From an uncultured Pseudomonadota bacterium (GTDB lineage Bacteria > Pseudomonadota > Alphaproteobacteria > JACZXZ01), in contig CAVVLJ010000016.1 in the NCBI GenBank assembly GCA_963749075.1, positions 544,001 through 608,000 on the forward strand: a stretch of DNA of 64,000 nt, read 5' to 3'. The position numbers were made by a program, and so were the translations under genes. Shown here piece by piece: positions 60,455 to 64,000 of the stretch (the stretch's first letter is position 1; each line of letters begins with the position of its first letter). A model generated the notes under the pieces. It was given only the letters and a program-made list of their open reading frames with translations, did not search any database and was not told the DNA's origin.

Positions 60455-61994
60455 CTAACCACCCTCCTCGCCGGCGTAGTCCGTGCGCTCGAGGTTGCCG
60501 AAGCGGGTGAGGGCGCCTTCGAACTGCAGGTACACCTTGCCGATCGGCCCGTGGCGCTGCTTGGCGATCGCGACCTCGGCGGTGTTGTGGATTTTCTCGC
60601 CGTGCGCCTGCCAGCGCGCCATGCGGTCGTTGAACTTCTCGTCGCTCTCCTCCTGGCGCTGCTTGGGCTCGGCGCGCTCGTGGTAGTACTCCTCGCGGAA
60701 GATGAACATCACCACGTCCGCGTCCTGCTCGATCGAGCCCGAACTCGCGCAAGTCGGCGAGCTGCGGCCGGCGGTCCTCGCGCTGCTCGACGGCGCGGCT
60801 CAATTGCGAGAGCGCCAGCACCGGCAGATCGAGCTCCTTGGCGAGCGCCTTCAGGCCGCGGGTGATCTCCGAGACCTCCTGCACGCGGTTGTCGCTGCGC
60901 GTCACGCCGCCCGTGTGAAGGAGCTGCAGGTAGTCGACGACGACGAGGCCGAGGCCGTGCTGGCGCTTGAGCCGGCGCGCCCGCGTGCGCAGCTGCGGCA
61001 CGGTCAAGGCCGGCGAGTCGTCGATGAAGAGATGCAGGTGCTGGAGGCGCTGCACCGCCTCGATGAAGCGCGGGAAGTCCTCGCGGCTGACTTCGCCCTG
61101 GCGGATGCGGTCGGAGGGGATCTCGGTCTGCTCGGCGAGGATGCGGTTGGCGAGCTGCTCGGCCGACATCTCGAGCGAGAAAAAGGCGACCTTGGCGCCC
61201 TCGGCGGGCACCATCTTGCCTTCCTCGTCGGCCTCCTCGCGGTAGGCGGCGGCGGCGTTGAAGGCGATGTTGGTGGCGAGCGCCGTCTTCCCCATCGAGG
61301 GCCGGCCCGCGAGGATGACGAGGTCGGAAGCGTGGAGGCCGCCCAGCTTGCGGTCGAGATCCATGAGCCCGGTGGTGACGCCGGTGACGTGGCTCGAGCG
61401 CTTGAACGCGGCCTCGGCGCTGGCGATGGCCTCGGTCATGGCCTCGGCGAGCGGCACGAAGCCGCCCTCGAGTTCGCCCGTCGTGGCGAGCTCGTAGAGG
61501 TTGCGCTCGGCCTCCTCGATCTGCTGCGCCGCGTCCTCCGCGACCGTCATCTCGAAGGCGCGGTTGACGACCTCGGTGCCGAGCTCGATGAGGGCGCGGC
61601 GCAAGTGGAGATCGTGGATGGTGCGGCCGTACTCGCCGGCGTTGATGATGCTGATGGCGCTGGCCTCGAGGCGCGCCAGGTACTTCGATCCGCCCACCTC
61701 GTCGAGCGCGCGGTCCTGCTCGAAGAAGGCCTTGAGCGTGATCGAGTTGGCCAGCTGACCGCGCTCGATGAGGCGGGCGCAGGAGGCGAAGATGCGGCCG
61801 TGCCGCGGGTCGACGAAATGCTCGGGCCGGAGATATTCCGACACCTTCTCGTAGGCTCGGTTGTTGGAGAGCACGGCGCCGAGCAGCGCCATCTCCGCCT
61901 CGGTGTTGTTGGGCGGAGTGCGCAAACCCACCGCCCCCTCGATGCCGACGATGAGCGGCGTGAGGCTGGAACTCTCTTTGGACAGGGTGGCCAT
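60455..61994 (-). CDS. dnaB: Replicative DNA helicase; +1 frameshift at 60742-60743 (probable sequencing error)
   Basis: [26 protein letters not shown]. Removing one base restores [13 protein letters not shown] and AKQRHGP. Confidence 0.95.
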
Positions 61995-62189
61995 GATCGG
62001 GCCACCTTAGCGCGCGTCCCCCGCGGGCGCCATAGCATCTCCGTCATCGAAATAGGAGGAACACGGGGATAAAGCGTCAACGAACGCCATCGACTCGATC
62101 GGCTCTGCGATGCCGGCTACGCCGCGTGTCGGACGGTCGCGAGCGCGACTCGGCCGTTCGAGGCGACTCGGACGCGCGGGCGGCCGGTC

Positions 62190-63431
62190 TCAGGCGCGCG
62201 AGAAGGGGGAGAGGTTTCCCTCGGTCGCGCGCTCGCGCTCCCAATCGAGCATGTAGTCGCGCGTGAGCGGCACCGCGTCCTGGCGCTTGGTGAGCTGCAT
62301 CTGGAAGACCATCTGGCGCATGTAGCGGAACGCCACCTCGCAGCCGGTCAGGTAGAACTCCCACATGCGGCAGAAGCGCTCGTCGTAGAGCTTGAGTATC
62401 TCGCCGCGGTTGGCCATGAAGCGCCGGCGCCACTCGCTGATGGTCTTGGCATAGTGCAGGCGCAGGATCTCGATGTCGGCGACCCACAGGCCCACGCGCT
62501 CGACCGCCGCCAGCACCTCGGAGAGCGCCGGCGTATAGCCGCCGGGAAAGATGTACTTGCGAACCCAAGGGTTGGTGCCGCCGGGCGGCTCCATGCGCCC
62601 GATCGAGTGGAGGAGGCAGACCCCGTCGTCGGCGAGAAGCTCCTTCACCTTGGCGAAGAACTCGCGGTAATAGAGCGGCCCGACGTGCTCGAACATGCCG
62701 ACCGAGACGATGCGGTCGTAGCGGCCCTGCTCCTCGCGATAGTCGCGCAGCGCGAAGCGGACGCGCCCGTCGAGCCCGGCGGCGGAAGCGCGGCGGCGCG
62801 AGGTCGCGAGCTGTTCCTCGGAGAGGGTGAGGCCCGTGACCTCGACCGCGTCCGCGAGCTCGGCGAGGTAGAGCGCCAGGCCGCCCCAGCCGCTGCCGAT
62901 GTCGAGCACCTTCATGTGCGGTCCGATGCGCAGCTTGGAGGCGATGTGGCCCTTCTTGTTGTCTTGCGCGACCTCGAGGCTCTCGTTGCCGGAAGTGAAG
63001 TAGGCGCAGGAATATTGCCGGTCCTTGTCGAGGAAGAGGTCGTAGAGCCGGCCCGAGAGGTCGTAGTGATGGGCCACGTTGCGCTTCGCCTTGCCGAGGT
63101 CGTTCAAGGTGCGCAAGGGACGCAGCCAGCGCTGCACCGTCTCGAAGTGCAGCTGCACCGGGTGGGCCTCCTCGCGCTCCATGTTGCTCAGCATGAGCGC
63201 GAGGAAATCCTCCAGGCCGCCCTCCTCGATGGTGAGCGTGCCGTCCATGAAGGCCTCGCCGAGATAGAGGCTCGGGTGGAAGAAGAGCTTGTAGTGGAGC
63301 TTGGGATCGTGAAGGCGGATGGTGGAGGTGTGGCCGCCCCCCTCACCGAACGTGTGCGTGCGGCCGCGCGCGTCGACGACCTTGAGGCGGCCGACCCGGA
63401 TGACACGCTCCAGGAGGTGGCGCAGCAGCAT
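62190..63431 (-). CDS. Cyclopropane-fatty-acyl-phospholipid synthase family methyltransferase
   Basis: HHYDLS, QYSCAYF, LDIGSGWGG, SVGMFEHVG, YIFPGG, RMWEFYL. Confidence 0.92.
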   Translation of the reverse strand: MLLRHLLERVIRVGRLKVVDARGRTHTFGEGGGHTSTIRLHDPKLHYKLFFHPSLYLGEAFMDGTLTIEEGGLEDFLALMLSNMEREEAHPVQLHFETVQRWLRPLRTLNDLGKAKRNVAHHYDLSGRLYDLFLDKDRQYSCAYFTSGNESLEVAQDNKKGHIASKLRIGPHMKVLDIGSGWGGLALYLAELADAVEVTGLTLSEEQLATSRRRASAAGLDGRVRFALRDYREEQGRYDRIVSVGMFEHVGPLYYREFFAKVKELLADDGVCLLHSIGRMEPPGGTNPWVRKYIFPGGYTPALSEVLAAVERVGLWVADIEILRLHYAKTISEWRRRFMANRGEILKLYDERFCRMWEFYLTGCEVAFRYMRQMVFQMQLTKRQDAVPLTRDYMLDWERERATEGNLSPFSRA

Positions 63432-63567
63432 GGCCCTCTTCCATGCCTCTCATGTGTCCGCCCTCGCGAACAGGCTCTTCGGGCCTCCCCCGGGCGGACC
63501 TAGCCAGCGTATATTGCAGACTCCGCGGCCTTCTGTACAGCGCGCCGAGAGGCGGCAGAGCAGTACC

Positions 63568-64000
63568 TCAGGAGGCCGCAGGCTCGGCGCCTGCAGGCTC
63601 CTCGGCCGCGGCCGGGGCCTGGGCGGCCGGCTCCTCTGCCTCCGGCTCGACGGGACCGATTATGGCACCGCCGCGCTCGACCTGGAGCCGCGCCTCCTCG
63701 GCCGAGCGTGCCACGTTCACCGTCACCGTGACGACCACCTCCGGATGGAGCGCCACGCGCACCGGATGGAGGCCGAGCATCTTGATCGGGTGGTCGAGCT
63801 GCACCATGCGCCGCTCGACCATATGCCCGGCGGCGGCGAGTGCCTCGGCGATATCGCGCGCCGAGGCCGAGCCGAAGAGCTGGCCCGTCTCGCTCGCCTG
63901 GCGCACCAGGGTGACGACGAGGCCGTCGAGGCCGCCGGACATGCCCGCGGCCTCCTTGAGCTTCTCCTCGTTGAGGGCCTCGAGCTCACCTCGCCGCGTC
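63568..64000 (-). CDS. rplI: 50S ribosomal protein L9, partial (5' end outside the window)
   Basis: RQASETGQLFGS, PIKMLG, LHPEV, NVARSAEEA; upstream of dnaB. Confidence 0.92.
   Translation of the reverse strand, partial: TRRGELEALNEEKLKEAAGMSGGLDGLVVTLVRQASETGQLFGSASARDIAEALAAAGHMVERRMVQLDHPIKMLGLHPVRVALHPEVVVTVTVNVARSAEEARLQVERGGAIIGPVEPEAEEPAAQAPAAAEEPAGAEPAAS

Noticed and set aside
60223-60462. 79-aa ORF as antitoxin of the RelE-like gene
   Set aside because: It overlaps the dnaB end, has no convincing RBS or HTH/RHH pattern, spans palindromic sequence and ends about 200 bp from the RelE-like start.

Overview
High-GC alphaproteobacterial-type chromosome segment (rplI-cfa-dnaB at the right end) made mostly of nitrogen/phosphorus-scavenging and catabolic genes. 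From left to right: (1) an allophanate hydrolase / triuret hydrolase-like / permease operon divergent from fdrA-ylbE-carbamate kinase; (2) orphan hpaD and assorted enzymes; (3) hrpB; (4) a hexuronate operon (uxaC, Pot-type ABC transporter, manD/rspA, AGE-family epimerase, FadR-type regulator); (5) a sigma54/NtrC-type promoter driving urtABCDE-ureDABCEFG; (6) an MNT-HEPN toxin-antitoxin pair and gabT; (7) a mixed amino-acid/acyl catabolic block; (8) a 2-aminoethylphosphonate cluster (phnX, LysR, phnW, pbfA); (9) a lower-GC two-gene cassette next to dnaB, encoding a RelE/ParE-fold protein translationally coupled to a sensor-less Shedu (DUF4263)-like nuclease. The cassette is the best candidate for an undescribed defence system; the triuret/FdrA cluster is the best metabolic candidate. 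Six genes, including dnaB, carry the same single-base insertion at GA(N0-2)TC motifs, most likely a methylation-linked sequencing artefact. No rRNA, tRNA, CRISPR array or transposase was recognised. All protein calls come from recalled family motifs, not database searches.
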